A stretch of 64,000 bases of DNA from Orbicella franksi (taxonomy: Eukaryota). The number at the start of each line of letters is the position of its first letter. Position 1 is the first letter of the stretch. The notes beneath the pieces are model-generated. The model did no database searches. It was given only the letters and a program-made list of their open reading frames with translations, and was not told where the DNA came from. Below are positions 13,132 through 26,898 of the stretch, in pieces. The stretch lies in assembly GCA_964199315.1 (NCBI GenBank), contig OZ116709.1, positions 10,726,001-10,790,000 of the forward strand, given 5' to 3'. The position numbers and the translations under genes were made by a program.

Positions 13132-16100
13132 ATGGCGGCTGTGACAGCTGGCCGCACGAATAGAAGAAAGTCACGGCGCATAGCTTCGGCATGTGCTTTC
13201 CTTTCGAATATTTCTCTCGACGGAAATATTGTTAAGGAAGAAGTTGAACGGAAAACGGAGAAAAGTGCAACGAAAAGAAGCCACGAAAATGTGACAAGAA
13301 ACACTGATATCTTGTCGTCCAGGCGAACTCTGCTGCATTCGATTTCTGAGCCGTCGACCTCGAACTGTGAGGAAGGAAGCACTAAACGGGTTATAAACAG
13401 ACAACGAAGCGTAACGGACGCTATCTGTGAAGGGAAGCGGCAAGACAGTGCTGTGGTTGTGCGAAGGAGCGTTTCAATGTCTGAATCGCAATCGACTGAT
13501 TCAACGTCCACGAGTAGTGGTGGTGTGTGCAGGAGCAAACATCGAATTTCATGCTTAATGGGATCTTCGTTTCATTACAAGAGGAGAGCAAATGACAAAA
13601 GGTAAGGGTTAATTCATATTCTGGTATATTTGACCAGTAACGAACGATTTAGCAAATTATGTCGTTACCCCTAAATGAATTGGAACTGTTGTGTCATGAA
13701 AATTAACATTTAATGAAGGAATATCTTAATCATGAATAATTTAATTGAAGGTATTGTACACATGTACTACGTGGTACTACGCAAGGAGATAAGTTCTACA
13801 ACAGCTGTTGGAAGTATGAAAGCCAATAGGAGTTATTATTCAGGGGCATTATGTGAATGTGTACGTGTCCCTCCTTTGTGCTAATTATATTAATTAAAGC
13901 TCATGTGGGGTTTTAGTACAAATATCCCAGGGGGGGACTCCCATATAACAGGGATGGGGGTGCTTGTTGAAAATTTTGAAAAGAACCCCTAAGAGGTATC
14001 AAGATCGTGTTTTGTGTGTGTGGCTTAAAATGTATTTCTCCCCTAGTATATGGAAATGTAAATTCCCTTTGGATGTTCCATTGTTGCATCAACAGCTCAT
14101 GCCAAAATTATGTAGTTCTGTGTTTCTTTCAAGTTATGGAAGTACAACTTTTACGTCTTGTAGCAGTGCACTCATGAGTTTTCTCACAATATCTCTATAT
14201 CTCTAATTGTCCCAATTAATGATTGATTTTGTCGTGTTTGAATCACAGGATAGTGTTGTGTTCATCTCACAAGGCCCCAGTAGTTACATACTCAGTCTTA
14301 AAGTATCACAAAGAGAACCAAGAAGCAGGCCAGGAAGGAATGAGGTGAATCTCGAGTATTCGTAATTTCAAACCAGTTTCCTTTCTGTATTTTAATATAG
14401 GTAACCCAGACATGTTTTATACTTACCAACTCTTGCGCTTAAGCACGAGTCTCGTGCCTTAACAGATCAAAAACTTTCTTAATGTGTAATTATGCAAACT
14501 AGAACCAACACAAGGAAAAAGGCCTTTGCCCTGTCAATGTGAATTATGCTACTGTACCTCCTCCAGTATTCTATTAAATTTTAGAGGGAACAATCACATT
14601 TAACAACATGTTGACAAAACATATCCTACAGTAGGTCTGAGACTTACTTCTTTGGGACATCATCAGAACCCATTTGAATTCAGTCAAGTCATCCTCGAAA
14701 CTCCTGGTACTCCTGGGATGAAAATTTCTTGCCTTTAACTTACAAAATGTTGGCAGGCAGGGCTTTGCTCTAGAAACTTGTGCCTTAGTGCCACAGGCAA
14801 CAACTTTTTGCCTTTGGGTGACTGAAAAAACTTACTTTTTTCCTTTAAGCTTAAGTGCTGGGCACCCAGGTTTTTGTGGTTAGGAACCTTTGGGGCCCCT
14901 AGTAATTTTTCGTAGACCACAGCCTTGGCAGGTATAATGTTGGTCACCATCTGACCAATGTTCTAAAACAAACTGTTTTAAGACACAACTAGTAGTAATG
15001 TGTACGTACATGCAGTAAGACAGTATAAAAGTTCAAGACATTGTCAAATAACTTATAAAAAGTGGTTTGCTGTCTTTTTGGTACTAGCGTTAGGAAGACA
15101 TCAATAGCAACACCCAGCCAATTTGTTGGCATTGAAGGAGTTGAACTTGGAACAGTAGATAAGGTACAGTGTCACTGTGTACAGTACCTATTATTTCCTT
15201 TGTCAGCAAAACGAAGAATGATTCTAGCATTAAATTTGTCACCACTAAGAAAACATGGTGCTTGCTCTGGTACTGTACATGTCTATGTAAATCTTAATGT
15301 AAGTCATGTACTGTACAGTACCTACTTGGCTACCAAGCTTGGGTATTTTTTGGTTTCTCTTGTGTCTTTGTGGCCTGAATTTAATGAAATGTCCTTAGCC
15401 TGTACAAGGTAGGATTTGACCCAAAAAAGTTCTGTGCATTAGCCACTTAAAATTTGTAAGAGCAACATGCACTGTACACCTTAACATGAACTTGAACTTT
15501 GGCTCAAAGTGTGAGGAAAACCCAAAGTATACATACATGTTTAATATGCTATGAAGCTCAAAGAATGAATGTTGTTGTCATCAAGAAATTGGCAAACCTG
15601 AAACATAGTTTTATCTGTGTTGTCAATTCATGTATTTGGCTCATAGATCGTTTGATTTTGCCATCAGACTGTATCGTACAGATCATTCCTTATTTCAGCG
15701 TACCCATTCAGATGGAATGAAGCTGCTGCCAGTAGATCTATGTCTTTGCCAGTGGATCCTGGTGGAGCATCACAAGGTAAAGATGATAACAATTATTGTG
15801 CTTTATAAATATGCTCTTTTTGGTAGTGAATTGCCTTAGTTTTGTCTTTCCCGTTGGTAAAATTTTGTTGTAAATATATTAGTCAATTTACTTATGAAAT
15901 ACTAATTTTTAATTAATGATCCACAGGGCTGTAGCTAAGAAAATAGTCGAGATCCCAGCTAAGATTTTCATTGAGCCAGTCATCATTTTTCGTGGGAGAC
16001 CTGTGACAAAATTTTTGTCCCCAATCTTTTGCAACGCCTTGAATGCGGGGCTACCAAGCTTTGTGTTTATAAGATGGTGGACGCAGATCACGGAAAGAGA

Positions 16101-19100
16101 ACATGCTAAACAAGTGCTCAAAACAAGATACTATTTCAAGTACTTTACTCGTTATAGTGGCACCGATACTCAAGGTAGTCAGGAATTTATTCCAAACTTT
16201 TCATTTAGTTGATTTAGATGGTTCAATATAGTTCAGATATCGAAATTATGATTGTATGTGCGCAACCTAATAACCATTTGTTGTCCTTTACTGAGTGATC
16301 GCCCACCAAAATCCATCCAGTTATCACCTCTCTTGCAGCTGGTGAATTTAGCTGGCAGCCAGCACTTAGTGACAACCCTAGATCCAGAGGAAGGTTTTAC
16401 TGTTTATTACTTCTTATCTCACAGAGTCTGGTGACAGCGCTTTTACATCACCAAGTGGATACCATCCCCATCTGCTTGATGACCCTGAATTGACTTCAGG
16501 ACGTCACCGGAAGGTTCTCAACCTTGCATCTTACCTGGTATGTATGCATCAGGCATTATGTAAATGTATGCACGTTCATCATGAAATTACTCCCTTTGCA
16601 GCAGTTGAGACATCAACATTCACTAAATTAATGGGTTGTAAATAATGAAATAGCTCCTTCTAAGACGTTTTGCCTCTGTTTCAAAATGAGTCTCAATTTG
16701 TGCAAATTCTGTCATTTGAAAATGAGCTTGGATGTATTTCTAACCTCTCCATTGATTTTATACTAGTTACGCTCATTTTCTTATGAACTGCTTTGCAGTG
16801 GGACTCATTTTGGCAAAAAGCACTCAGAAATGCCCTACTAATTAATTATGTAACTAAAATGCTGTTTGGTTTAGCAACTGAATTTAGATTTTGTCAGTAG
16901 TAAATCTCTTATTGATTCTTTTCTAGGTATCCATGGTAGCATATGCAAAGCCCTCTGAGCTGAAAAAGGACTTGAATGAACAGTTCAGGGAAAAGTTTCC
17001 AAACCTCAACATCACACTCACTAAACTAAGAAGGTACCAAGTGAACTTATTTTCAACTTCATTGCAATGATGGATTCATCTAAGTTCACCGATGGGAAAT
17101 GGGTATAGATGCACTGTCCGGAGTCATTGTGTTGTACTCTTGGACAAGATATTTACTGTCACATTTCCTTTCACGGTCAGAATCCACTTGTAGATTGGAC
17201 TGAATGTCCAGTCACCTTAATGCACAACTTTACCTTTTACTTACTGTTCATGAGCTGTAATAAACATTTTGTCGCTGGTTGCCTCAGGTTTAGTGACTTG
17301 TACATGTATGTACATAACTTTTGTAGCTATTCAAGAGTAGACTTGCACAATGTTGTCATTTGGCAACAACTAACACAATTCATTCTGTTTTCCCTTTGTT
17401 ATTTAAATGTTGAAGTAGCAGTAGGGTTTAATATTTACAATTGCCTTAATTAGCATGAGAAAAAGAAAAAAAAAAGATCCTGGTGGTTTTAGTCAGATGA
17501 CACCATCATGGAAATTGCCTACTGAGAAACACAGTATTTATTTTCATCTTTATTGTGTCTTTTTATAGCCTTAAGAAAGATATTGTTAAAATAGCTATAT
17601 CACAGGTAGGATTCTTTGTTGGAAATGAACTATAATATTAAGTTGTAGTATAAGTTGTTGTGTTTGGAATGAAATTAGGTCTGTTAATTCATGACACTAA
17701 TGTACAAGACAGTTAGTATGGTTTTGTATCTCAGTTACAGAACTTAATTGTTAGGCTTCTGGTGTTTAGATATCTCAGTGGGCATGGGTAGTGTTTATAG
17801 TTTTACTGATAGCAATAGCATTGTTCCTCACTGTAATAGTAAAGCCCATGGTGTTACACGATACACATATAGGTTCTCCAAGGTGCCGCTCTTTGCTGAT
17901 CCCCCAACCCTCTGGAATTTTGTTTGGGCCAAAAAGATATGCAAAATGCCAGACTAACAAGGTGGCCAGGATTTAAAGGATGTTTGCATGTGTGAGGTGT
18001 GGTTCTAATATGGTGAACATTATAAAATTCATACCCATGACATTTATATAATGTAAATGACCATAGGCCTGCGCTGCATGCAAAGGGGTACAACATAAAC
18101 TTAACAAAATTAATAATTGTACATGTATGTCATTTGGCGAAAACAAATTTTATTCCTTTGTTTTCTTATCTCCTATCAGGAATGTCAGCTGGATCTGACA
18201 ACAGTAGCTTATGCATTTGTATATTTTGAAAAACTAATTTTGAAGGTAAGGTTATTTCAATCACTTGTTAGAATTTTTTGTTAGGAATTTTTGTGGCCAA
18301 ATTGTTTGTATGGTGTAGTTTAGGAATGCTCTCGTTGCAGTGCATGTAAATTGATTTATGTCATGCCATTAAGACTGCAGCCAATTAGAGGGCTGGAAAC
18401 CTGCTAGTTACAGTATAAGGCTATAAGGTTATTTTTCAATTTCAGGCTTTTGAATCAGTAGTTTTGTTTCAAATAAAATAAGGTCAAAATAAGTTAGATC
18501 TTCCTGAGAAATCTTTTGAAGGCCTCTGCAAACTTTGAAAATGTTTCAAAAGTGATTGGAAACATCTGAATGACTTGCAAACATTATCAGAATGAATTTA
18601 AAAGTCTTTGGAAAATACCATGAATATCTCACTGCAGTAAGATGCTTTGCATGCACACATACCAAAAGGCTATTTCGTATATATGTAAACATTTACTGAT
18701 GTGTGTATATATGTACGTGGATTGCAACGTATACATGCGCATGCAGCATAACCAGAATGAGTATCATCCTAGGTGTAGTTTTTAATTGATGGAACTGTAT
18801 GTTATCTGAACTGGTACCTTAATTAAGTATGCCTGTACATGAAGATATCAAGTGTAATGTGTATCCAACATAAACTGTGTTGTGATATTTCTTTTGACAG
18901 GAAAAGATAAGTAAAGCAAACAGAAAGCTGCTGGCAGGTAGGATTCTAATGTCTTAATGCCTGTCTAATGAAGACTGAATAGGTGGAGGTATCTAATGTA
19001 GCGCAGCAAGGGGTTAAAGAATCTACAGGAATTTTCTATACATGTACAACATGTAGCTTTTCTTTGCACAGTGCAACCTCTGAAAACTATTGATATCTGG

Positions 19101-20949
19101 GTCAAAAATTATGGAATAGGCTCCCCAGCAAATTAAGGTTGGCTGCCAGTATTAATGTTTTAAAAACAAACATATGTAAGACAAACCTGGAAACTCTACT
19201 GGATAAGGGATGCTGAAGCTGTAATCTATGCAATAATTAATTAAGTTTTTTTTTAAATGTTTAATTATATATATATATATTTTTTATTGTTAAGTATTTT
19301 TATGAAACTTGTAGAAAGACTAATTTTTAAATTATTCTTAGGTTTTGTAACTTGTAAATAGACTAATTTTTAAATTGTTCTTAGGTTTTGTTATTTCTTT
19401 TTAGGTAGGTGTCTTCTATTAATAGAGGGTTATCCCTTGGCTAAAACAANNNNNNNNNNNNNNNNNNNNNNNNNNNNNNNNNNNNNNNNNNNNNNNNNNN
19501 NNNNNNNNNNNNNNNNNNNNNNNNNNNNNNNNNNNNNNNNNNNNNNNNNNNNNNNNNNNNNNNNNNNNNNNNNNNNNNNNNNNNNNNNNNNNNNNNNNNN
19601 NNNNNNNNNNNNNNNNNNNNNNNNNNNNNNNNNNNNNNNNNNNNNNNNNNNNNNNNNNNNNNNNNNNNNNNNNNNNNNNNNNNNNNNNNNNNNNNNNNNN
19701 NNNNNNNNNNNNNNNNTGTCGAAAGTAATTAGACAATTACTTTGGTTTTGGTTTTAATACAGTTTAAGATTAGCTGAGAAGTCTAACTGGTAAGTAATTG
19801 GTTTTGGTTTTGGTTTGACAACACTCAGTTGAAAACCGCTCTATTATTATTATTGTTATTATTATTATTATTAAAGTGATGCAGTTTTAAGGCAGTGTGT
19901 TATGATAATTCGGTGACTGCCCTTGCATTTTACAGTTTTCAGAAATGCTAACATAAAAAAACTGTTATGGATGAAAGAGGTTCCATTTTTTTCCTGCTTC
20001 ATTCGACAAATTTGACCTTACTTGTTTCGCGTTACATGCATCTTTAGGTTCCTGTTTGTTGTTAGCTGCGAAATTTAATGATGATATGAAAAGAGACAAA
20101 ATAAAGGAGCTGATTGAGGTAATTTTTTTTCTTATGTTTATTCATGGCTCTCACAGGCCTTGAAAAAGGCCTTGGAAAAAATTGCCATACGTGATAGCTT
20201 TGGAAAGTTGTGAAAAAACATCATGTTATTATTATTATTCACTTAAGTCCAAAAAGTTGATTTTAGTGAAAAAAGGGCTGACGTTTGTATGTGCCGTGTT
20301 TTTGCAAACTTTAACTTAATAAGGTTCATGTGGTTCCTTGCGATGCTAGTACACACATTTAGTCCCCGTGCACACTACGACAGAGGAATGTGAAAAACGG
20401 CGTTTTCACTCTGAAAACGCATCAAATGTTTTCCGTCCACACGACGCCAGAGGAATTTAAAAACGCAACAATCACCGGTCATTTTGGATTTGTGTTTGAT
20501 GCGTTTTCAAATTCCTCCGGTTTGAAGAGCGTTTTCGAGAAGCTCCATTTTCGTGGCAGATAGTGTGGACGGGTGGCCTAACAGTAGGAATGAAGCCGCG
20601 TTTTCAAATTTCTCCAACTTAGTGTCGACGCTGCGTTACTGAAAGCGTTTATTTGAATGCTCACATACTATTGCAAGCTCTTAAAATTTTTTTCTAATTG
20701 TTTGTGCTCAGTACGATCTTAAGAAAGACTTTCTCACTCTAAAACTGTACTATACGCCATGCACCTTGTGAGTTGACGAAATGGAGTTAACTTTTATGCC
20801 ACTTTTTGCAGGCCATTGAGGACAGGTTTCGCATATCAGCCAAGGAACTTCTGAAGTTTGAATTCCAAGCAGTGATAGCTCTTGAGTTTGATCTGCATGT
20901 CCCACAGTGGGAGGTGTTGCCTCATGTCAAGCGTATGGAGACAGAGTAA
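13132..20949 (+). CDS. CABLES1: CDK5 and ABL1 enzyme substrate (CABLES1/2-like), 439 aa; exons 13132-13601, 14249-14344, 15088-15163, 15668-15776, 16425-16537, 16927-17033, 17569-17605, 18180-18245, 18901-18937, 20048-20118, 20812-20949
   Basis: Family motifs AFLSNISLDG, EGVELG...KTVSY, YHPHLLDDPEL..GRHRKVL, ITLTKLRSLK, AFVYFEKLILK, RKLLAGSCLLLAAK and FEF..VIALEFDL (cyclin-like box). All ten introns are GT-AG and in frame; total 1320 nt. Confidence 0.94.
19450..19716. other. Assembly gap (267 N) in a CABLES intron
   Basis: Run of N. The flanking exons join in frame, so no exon needs to lie in the gap. Confidence 1.
20361..20637. mobile_element. MITE-like repeat (ccccgtgcacactac...tagtgtggacgg / tagtgtcgacg), possibly Harbinger-type
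   Basis: Inverted cacacta/tagtgtg motifs and repeated gaaaacgc/gcgttttc motifs. Confidence 0.45.
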
Positions 20950-21370
20950 CAACATTGATAGACAAACTTATAATGTTCAATGAATATTGAATGATCTCAA
21001 ACGAGGAACTGAAATTGTTTGATATTATTCACGTAAAAAGTGGTTTACTTGCAAATGATACAAGTAAAGAGTTTTGTTTGAATAATGGTGGTTTTTGCAA
21101 TGCTGAAAAGCCTTTTTATCAGGGTTTACATTGCTCTTGTAAATGCTGAAGTTTTAGAATTTTGTCACTTTTCCATGTTCTCGTATTTTGTGGAAATGAA
21201 AATACTTCCTTAAACTTTCCACAAATACTTAAAGGTCAGTTCCTCGCAAATCACGATTCTTTTTAACTTTCACACCATCTGGGTTATGGAAAATTTACAC
21301 TTGTAACCGGGAAAACTCCTGGACCTCCTGCAATCTCAACATCTCTGATTGGTACAAACTCCGTTTTATA

Positions 21371-21678
21371 TTGAAGCGATAGAGCACTTTTTCCGTGTTT
21401 ACATAGCCTCATCTAGACACGAGGAGGGTTGGGGAATTCGAGACAGTTATGCAAACCTTCGGCTACGTCTCGGGTTTGCATAACTTTCGAGAATTCTCCC
21501 AACCCTCCGAGTGTTTAGATGAGGCTATGTAAACACGGAAAAAGTGCTCTATTGCTTTTATAAAATAATTCTCAAAAATACGCGCGAATCTAAAACGTCA
21601 CAACTGTGTTTACATACTCTCATCTAAACACACCTATCGACCAATGAGCGCGCGCGTAGTAGCTCAGTTATGTTATAA
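21371..21678. mobile_element. Element made of a 180-bp palindrome (21376-21555) plus a short module bounded by inverted repeats
   Basis: Arms of about 83 bp, with the outer 40 nt 38/40 complementary. ttataaaataa (21558) is roughly mirrored by ttatgttataa (to 21678). The paralogous sequence at about 22065 lacks the insertion. Confidence 0.7.
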
Positions 21679-24039
21679 TCATTGGTATGGTCTATATTGT
21701 AGCTGGTGGTCGGCTTTAAAGCTTTAAAGTGACTCTTTTGTCTGTTTTTTTTTTTTTTTTTACCCATTTTGGATGTGGTGGTAAAGTTTCAGGGATTTGC
21801 CTAGTTCTCTAACCAGACTTCCTCCAAAGGTGTTATCACCTGAAAAGGCTGTTAATTTTTCAGATGACGAACTGCCATGAACTCATTTGCTGAAAATCTG
21901 AATAATACAAATAGCTTTCACCTGTGTTTTAATCCTAGAGCTGTTAGTGGCATGAGCAAATTTGTGAACAGTTTGAAAGCCTCGTGTGAAAACGAAATAT
22001 GTTATATTTTGTAAACCTGGAAAACTCCTTGAATCCCAACATCTTTAATTAGTAACCACCCAGTTTTATATTCATTGGTCTGGTGTATATTGTAGCCTGG
22101 TGGTCGGCTTATCTTTAAAGTTATTCTTTTGTTCCGTTTTGTTACCTATCTTGGATGTGGTGGTACAGTTTGAGGGATTTGCTTAGTTCTCTAACCAGAC
22201 AGTAAAGAGACGGGTACTGAAGAATTTAGGAAAACAAATTTACAGGGTTTTTTCATCTGTTTCCTCCTCTCTCTAACAAGAGATAAGCAACTTAGTTCTC
22301 TGAGTTGTGAAGAGCTTTTGAATTTCAGAAGTGCTAGGAAAACCTTCAAGGTCCAAGAAATTGTTCAAAAGGTATTGCAGTGTCCATACTTACTTTGATG
22401 GAAAGTAGTGTACGTTTTGGTTACGATCGTTTTGTTGAAGTTAACTTCTATTGAGTGACACTTGTTGTTAAGTCACTTTGTCAGTTTGATAACTAACATT
22501 TATTCCTTAGTTAGGATCCCTTTTACATGCTTTCAGTGATTTCTCGAAAGAAATGGTGCTGGATATCCATTTAAAATTGAAATAATATGGTAATCAATTC
22601 TCATTTTCAGTCCCTTGGACATGGTATAAATCTAAACAGGTCATGTTGTTTGCTGTCCTTTTACCAAGTATTTGTTATAGTAACTTTTTCGTAACACGCT
22701 TGAGATCAAATGAGCGCAACCTCGTTTACTTCTTCGACAGTGCAATCGCCCTGACTTGTGGAGAAAAATGCATGAGGTTTATATATGGTGCAAAAATCAT
22801 TTACAAATGTATAGTTGGGTTAAGGTTTATTCTGAAGTATGAAAGCCCTGTTTGTATAAGATTTTGTAAATTAAGTTTGTAAGAAATGTGAAGTTGACAT
22901 ATTGTAAATAATAGTTTATTTTGTAATTAAAACTGGTTGAACCTTGCGCTCCATGGCTTTACCAATCCTTCCAAGAATTGCTCCCAAATTCGAAAGAATC
23001 AATGCTGTCCGTTGCTTTTTTTTCTGATATCTTGAGAAGACGCTTCGAACCTGTAATTTGTATTGAAAACACGCCTACTGAGCAAGGTTACTTACGGTCA
23101 AAGATGCGCTCGCTCGCACCTCGGGTAATATAATGTGTGCACGGTTTTAACGACGCAACTGAGGAGACACGGTGTTGTGGCAGCGTTAGTTGCAAAAATT
23201 GTTTGCTGGGCATGAGGAAACGTCTTACACAGAATGAGCATTGAAAAACATGTATTGTTCACCTGAAAAACGATGGGATATAATTGCAAACGAGGGATGT
23301 ATATAGTGAAAAGGATGTTTCCTAGTGTCATAACCCAAACCCCACGGGTTGAAGGGCGAGTTTAACAGAACTCAACACAAGGATATCGGCATTGCTCAGA
23401 AGCGCTCAGAACTAGAAAAGTTCAGTTCTTAAAACATCTGCACCCATAGTGCATAAGCTCAGGTTTTCTGTAACTAGTAGGGAAAAAGGTAATCGAAAAG
23501 TGAAAATGAAAATGCTAGTATTGGTAATTGAAGAGTTATTGCTTGTGGAATTCCCTTTACAAAAAGTAATGATTAATATATGTATATTAATTTTTTTACC
23601 AAGTTTTAACTTCCCCTGCAGGTGCCTTCATTTGAAATCATTTCCTCATAGGATGAACTGTGATTATGATGAAAATGGGTGTAACTGTAATTGTAAATTG
23701 TCGAGGCTAAAAAGAATATACAAATTTGTCTAATTGCTGCAATAATAATTAACAAAAAACAATCTACCCTTTTCCGATTGCGACACGAGAAATTGTAGTT
23801 TTCCGTTGTCACGAGAGCTAAGTTTAAATGGGAATGTACAATCGGAAACCGTAAAAGGCTCAGAAAACGTTAGAGGACTTGTAGGTTAATTTCTAATACC
23901 AACCCAAATGCTAAACAATAGGTCCGCAATGCGTACTTGTGGGATTATACTTAGTTTTATTCCATTCGGTTGGAGTTTGTTTTTAAAAGTCAGTATCTGG
24001 GAGTTGAATTGCTTTAAGTGAGAAGGCAATCACTGCAAA

Positions 24040-24560
24040 GGTAAAAGTGTAACTTTGAAGCTGTCCAGAGACATTTCACTTGTGGTAGACGAGAATTCCC
24101 TAAGAAACTTGTGGCCCCTTGGTCTCATCCTGGATGTAAAACCAACCAAGAGAGACGGGCTGGTGAGGAGATTCCAGCTGAAAACCAAGTCCGCGATCCT
24201 GGAACGTCCCATCGACAAGATCGTTCTTTTAGAGGCTCCTAAACTGCACGAGAGCAGCTAAACATTGTTGATCTTAAAGTCCTCAATCAAGATATGTGCT
24301 TGTAACGTCAGAGAACAGTTGTTTCTTTATTGACTTGATTGTGATGAATTTCGAACCATTTCGAATGGATTTAGTGACAATATATTACTCAAGTTTTTTC
24401 GTTTGAATCACTCAACTGAGTTTAAATGCTTTCAGTTCGCATTTAGGCGCCGGTATGTAGGATTCAAACGTGCGTGACATTTTCCCTGCGTGCACTTGAT
24501 TTAAAATTTAACTCGTCGGTCATCATGTGATTAGTTGCATAAGATTTCCCAGTTCTCGTT
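24040..24560 (+). mobile_element. BEL/Pao LTR retrotransposon 3' fragment: integrase C-terminal DUF5641-like region, 3' UTR and probable start of the LTR at 24456
   Basis: DISLVVDENSLRNLWPLGLILDV...DGLVRR...KTKSAILERPIDKIVLLE, followed by ggcgccggta|TGT. Confidence 0.7.
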
Positions 24561-24759
24561 TTGTTCAGTACGTATTATATTAGTCTCCTTCGCAGCCGTT
24601 TTTTGGGATGTCACGCAACGCTCCCCCCTGGAGGATTGCACTCGCTACATACCTTTGATGGGATGTCTTGTCTTCAGGTTCCTCTTGGGGTACAGCCAGT
24701 CTGTTTTTTGAGCAACGTCTTCACTGTGTTGCTTCCTGCACGTTGTTCAGATTGCTAGT

Positions 24760-26783
24760 ATAACAAAAATAAATGTTAACAAACTTCCTCATAAGGGTTT
24801 GTAAAATACCTAGAATCTGCGGCATGAAGATCGCACGATTACACACCATGCCCACCTGCCCCCATCCAAAACGAAAAAACTCGAAAACCCTGACCAACCA
24901 GCCGGAAGTTGTAATGCTAAGCAGCTTTGTAAAAAAATGAGCAAGTTTTGTTAATGTTGTTTTGAATTTTGTGTAATATTCACATTCAGAACAAACTATA
25001 TTTCATTGCGGCAGGGTGTCCGATAGTCTCGCAAACGGCACTCGTGAAATGACTCATGGGAAAATGAAGTCTGTATTACCGTTAGGGCATTCAAACGTAA
25101 ACAATATGCAGTGGTTACAAAATAAAATCTTCAAAGTTAAAACTTACGCGAACCAACGGGTGTAGCTTCTCCAAAGATGTTTTTAATTTCCCTGGCTAGC
25201 TTGAAATTAATTACATGTGTTCCAGTCACCGCCGTTTTCTTGCCATGATGTTTTGGATACTGGCAAGTCTTAGGGGCTTGCCAGTACTTTCCTAGGGTAA
25301 AACGATGAGCCGGACAAACCGTCACATTTTTAACCTGTCAGGATTAGATCCTTCTCACAAACATTTTCCCTTGACAGGTGGTGATTTTGTAGATGCCAAC
25401 TGATATCGCCGTCACAACTGTTTAGGGCTACACATTCTGTAAATTCACGACTACTTCCGCACGTGCCACTTGTAACTGCTGAGAAGGAACACGATCCTGC
25501 CATTGCAAACAGCAAAAACGACGCAAAGCGCAAAAATAAATTCGTTATTTCTTAGGTAAACTGAGTAAAACGCTGTTGACGTCAGACTTCTGCAATTTGC
25601 ATAATTTAATTTTACCGCGAAGGGCTACGCAAAAATAGCAACACGAAAAAAAAAACAAAAAACTGTTGAATAAAAAAGGCAAAGCTTCTAAGCCATTTCT
25701 AAAATCAAATATAAACAGTAAAATAATTTATTTCTGAAGTACCCAGGATTGGTATTGCTTTTTAACGCGCAATGCGAAATAAACAAAAAGTGGAGAAGGA
25801 GAGCTGCCAAAATAGCTTTGACATTTCAGCGTGTTTGCCGACTGAAATCGACATCTTATCTGTACATCTGAGGTACATTCACGGTACACTATTTTTTTTT
25901 TCTTGGCAATAATCATATGACAAACACTTTTACTTCTTAAATATGTTTAATATGGAATTTCTGTATAGTCCAAGGCCTGTGATGACCCAATTTCAGCAAT
26001 TGTGTTTAGGCGAAACTTAAGGCAACTCACGCCGCAGCAGTTATCTTATAAATTCCCAATTTTGGAGGAATCTTAGGTGAATTCAAGGCTATTCATGCGT
26101 TATCCCGAACAAAGAGTACGTTTGGAGAATATTTGCTTCAAGGTAATATTATTTTATGCGGGAAACTTAAGAATTTATGTAGGAAACTTAGAAAAAATAA
26201 TCGGTGCAAAACTGTGTCAAGCAAGCTTTCGCGTCTGAATATTAGCTATGTTGATCGTACTCCTGTAGTTCCAAAAGGTTAGTGCCCAAAGTTTTCTTTT
26301 CCTGTTCCCGGTACACTAGCCCTAGTACTAAACATGGGCATTGGTCAGGACTCCAGATCACATTATACTTTTGAGAAACACTCCTTCAACCAGCAGCATG
26401 CCCGCTAAAATTTTGCGAAGGCCTTCTGTGGGGCATTTTCGAAAAATCATAATTAATTTTTCTTGAACCCGATTTTGAATATGTTACCGTTAATCGAAAG
26501 AAAAACATGAAATAAAATTATATGTAAGTTTTATTGTATTTGAATAAAAGCGTAGTTTTTCAGCTCCTTCAGCCCAACGCCTACATTTGACTCGAAACAG
26601 AACGGTTTTTACAGTTTTGGACCGTACTCGGAAATCGTCGCCAGAAATATTGAAAAATAGCACTTAAAGCCAAATTATTGCTATTTTTGTTTATCATATG
26701 GACTAACTGTCTCACACAGAAAATTTGAAGAAATTCTGTGTACGGCCGAAAATCGAGTGGTCGGTTCTTACACGGACAGCCTC
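24760..26783 (-). mobile_element. Sola3-like DNA transposon relic A: one terminus plus frameshifted first exon (about 25147-25503); left boundary uncertain
   Basis: Ends in ...cagCCTC|TTAA, and the paralogous site before GPCR7 has only TTAA. The exon MAGSCSF...CG...EKDLIL...TVCPAHR.LG.YW...PVGS|gt is homologous to the 54375-54795 exon with the same intron position. Family assignment is from recalled Sola3 features (GAG..CTC termini, TTAA TSD). Confidence 0.55.
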
Positions 26784-26898
26784 TTAAATGTCAAATGCTT
26801 ATTATCAAAAATTAATAATTCATGTACAGGTCAAATGCAAGCCCAACAACACAAAGCACTTCACAGCAAGCATAATTTCCCCACCATCTATAACGATC

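Noticed and set aside
19419-19757. ORFs spanning the N run
   Set aside because: Artefacts of the assembly gap.
26788-26898. 37-aa N-terminal extension of GPCR1 (and of GPCR7 at 59255)
   Set aside because: Other paralogs start at the position equivalent to MANITG and the extension is not a clear signal peptide. It is open in both copies, so it remains possible.
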